This document shows, in pieces, positions 43,480 to 43,863 of a stretch of 43,863 nucleotides of DNA. The DNA lies in the NCBI GenBank assembly GCA_945787285.1, contig CALZIC010000120.1, positions 1 through 43,863 on the forward strand, written 5' to 3'. The translations under genes and the position numbers were made by a program. Below the pieces are notes generated by a model. It was not told the origin of the DNA. It worked only from the letters and a program-made list of their open reading frames with translations, and did not search any database. Source of the DNA: an uncultured Desulfuromonadales bacterium. GTDB taxonomy: Bacteria > Desulfobacterota > Desulfuromonadia > Desulfuromonadales > Trichloromonadaceae. Every line of letters begins with the position of its first letter. Position 1 is the stretch's first letter.

Positions 43480-43863
43480 ACGGATATTTTATGTCCATAG
43501 AAGGTTTCATATTTGATTTTTGGATGTCACCCCTTTCAGTGCCGCCGAACGGAGGTGTTTTTAATCTGGATGGTTGTGGACGACTGTTCGAGCGTAGCGA
43601 GTTTTCGTCCACGTCCAGATTAAAAATGCCGGAGCGAGGGTCCCCCGCAGGGGCAAACGGTGGGGCGGCCTTCTTTGGGTTACCTTTCTTGGCCGTCAAG
43701 AAAGGTAACTCGCCTGGCGGGGCGAGTCCCGCATGTTTTTTCCAGATCAGTGAATTGTTGAAAACAAAACCGAGGGGTTGCGCCCCCTCACGGCGCCTTA
43801 CTCTTTTTGCTTGCCCTAAAAGAGTAAGCAGAAAAAGGGCACCCCGCTCCTTGCCCTTCGGGT
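43480..43863. other. hairpin-dense GC-rich intergenic region at the window edge (several perfect stem-loops); possible structured RNA/leader or palindromic-repeat cluster
   Basis: e.g. GTTACCTTTCTTG-gccgtc-CAAGAAAGGTAAC, CTCGCC-tggcgg-GGCGAG, CTTACTCTTTTT-gcttgcccta-AAAAGAGTAAG; no convincing ORF. Confidence 0.3.

Noticed and set aside
43442-43699. 85-aa minus ORF at window end
   Set aside because: Lies in the hairpin-dense non-coding region; no RBS; composition unlike neighbouring genes

Overview
High-GC chromosomal segment of about 43.9 kb, most consistent with a deltaproteobacterium of the Geobacter/Desulfuromonadales type. This guess rests on codon style, Shine-Dalgarno sites of the aaggag type, and gene content that includes selenoproteins, RtcR and a MucR homolog. 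Mostly core genes: a partial Na/Pi cotransporter, cNMP-binding protein, OmpA-like, gamma-carbonic anhydrase, IHF/HU, a TPR protein, two tandem XRE-cupin regulators divergent from a bioB-bioD-bioA operon, VanZ-like, PlsC, alpha/beta hydrolase, SatP, YhbY, dGTPase, rsmD-coaD, DUF1858, a creatininase-family gene next to queE-queD, yacG and DUF2325. Downstream are a homocysteine S-methyltransferase, an rtc RNA-repair locus (rtcB-rtcA, an SPFH gene, a tRNA-like remnant, rtcR), MepA-like endopeptidase, SagB-type nitroreductase, ybbP-ybbA with divergent tesA, a GGDEF protein and a CpxAR-like two-component pair. Two AT-rich accessory islands interrupt this: about 19.1-22.0 kb (MucR/Ros regulator, disrupted TraB/GumN gene, membrane/RDD proteins) and about 29.9-33.9 kb (a low-GC unknown 402-aa gene flanked by ~95-bp direct repeats, zinc-ribbon ORF, EF-hand lipoprotein with tandem repeats, IS4-family IS). 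Highlights: two tandem redoxin genes with in-frame TGA at the active site (W-U-PYCN) each followed by a SECIS-like hairpin, so predicted selenoproteins; a dispersed ~95-bp repeat with an internal 49-bp tandem duplication; four genes (TPR, TraB/GumN, rtcB, sensor kinase) split by frame disruptions, with rtcB and the kinase breaking at homopolymer runs. No CRISPR arrays or rRNA genes seen.
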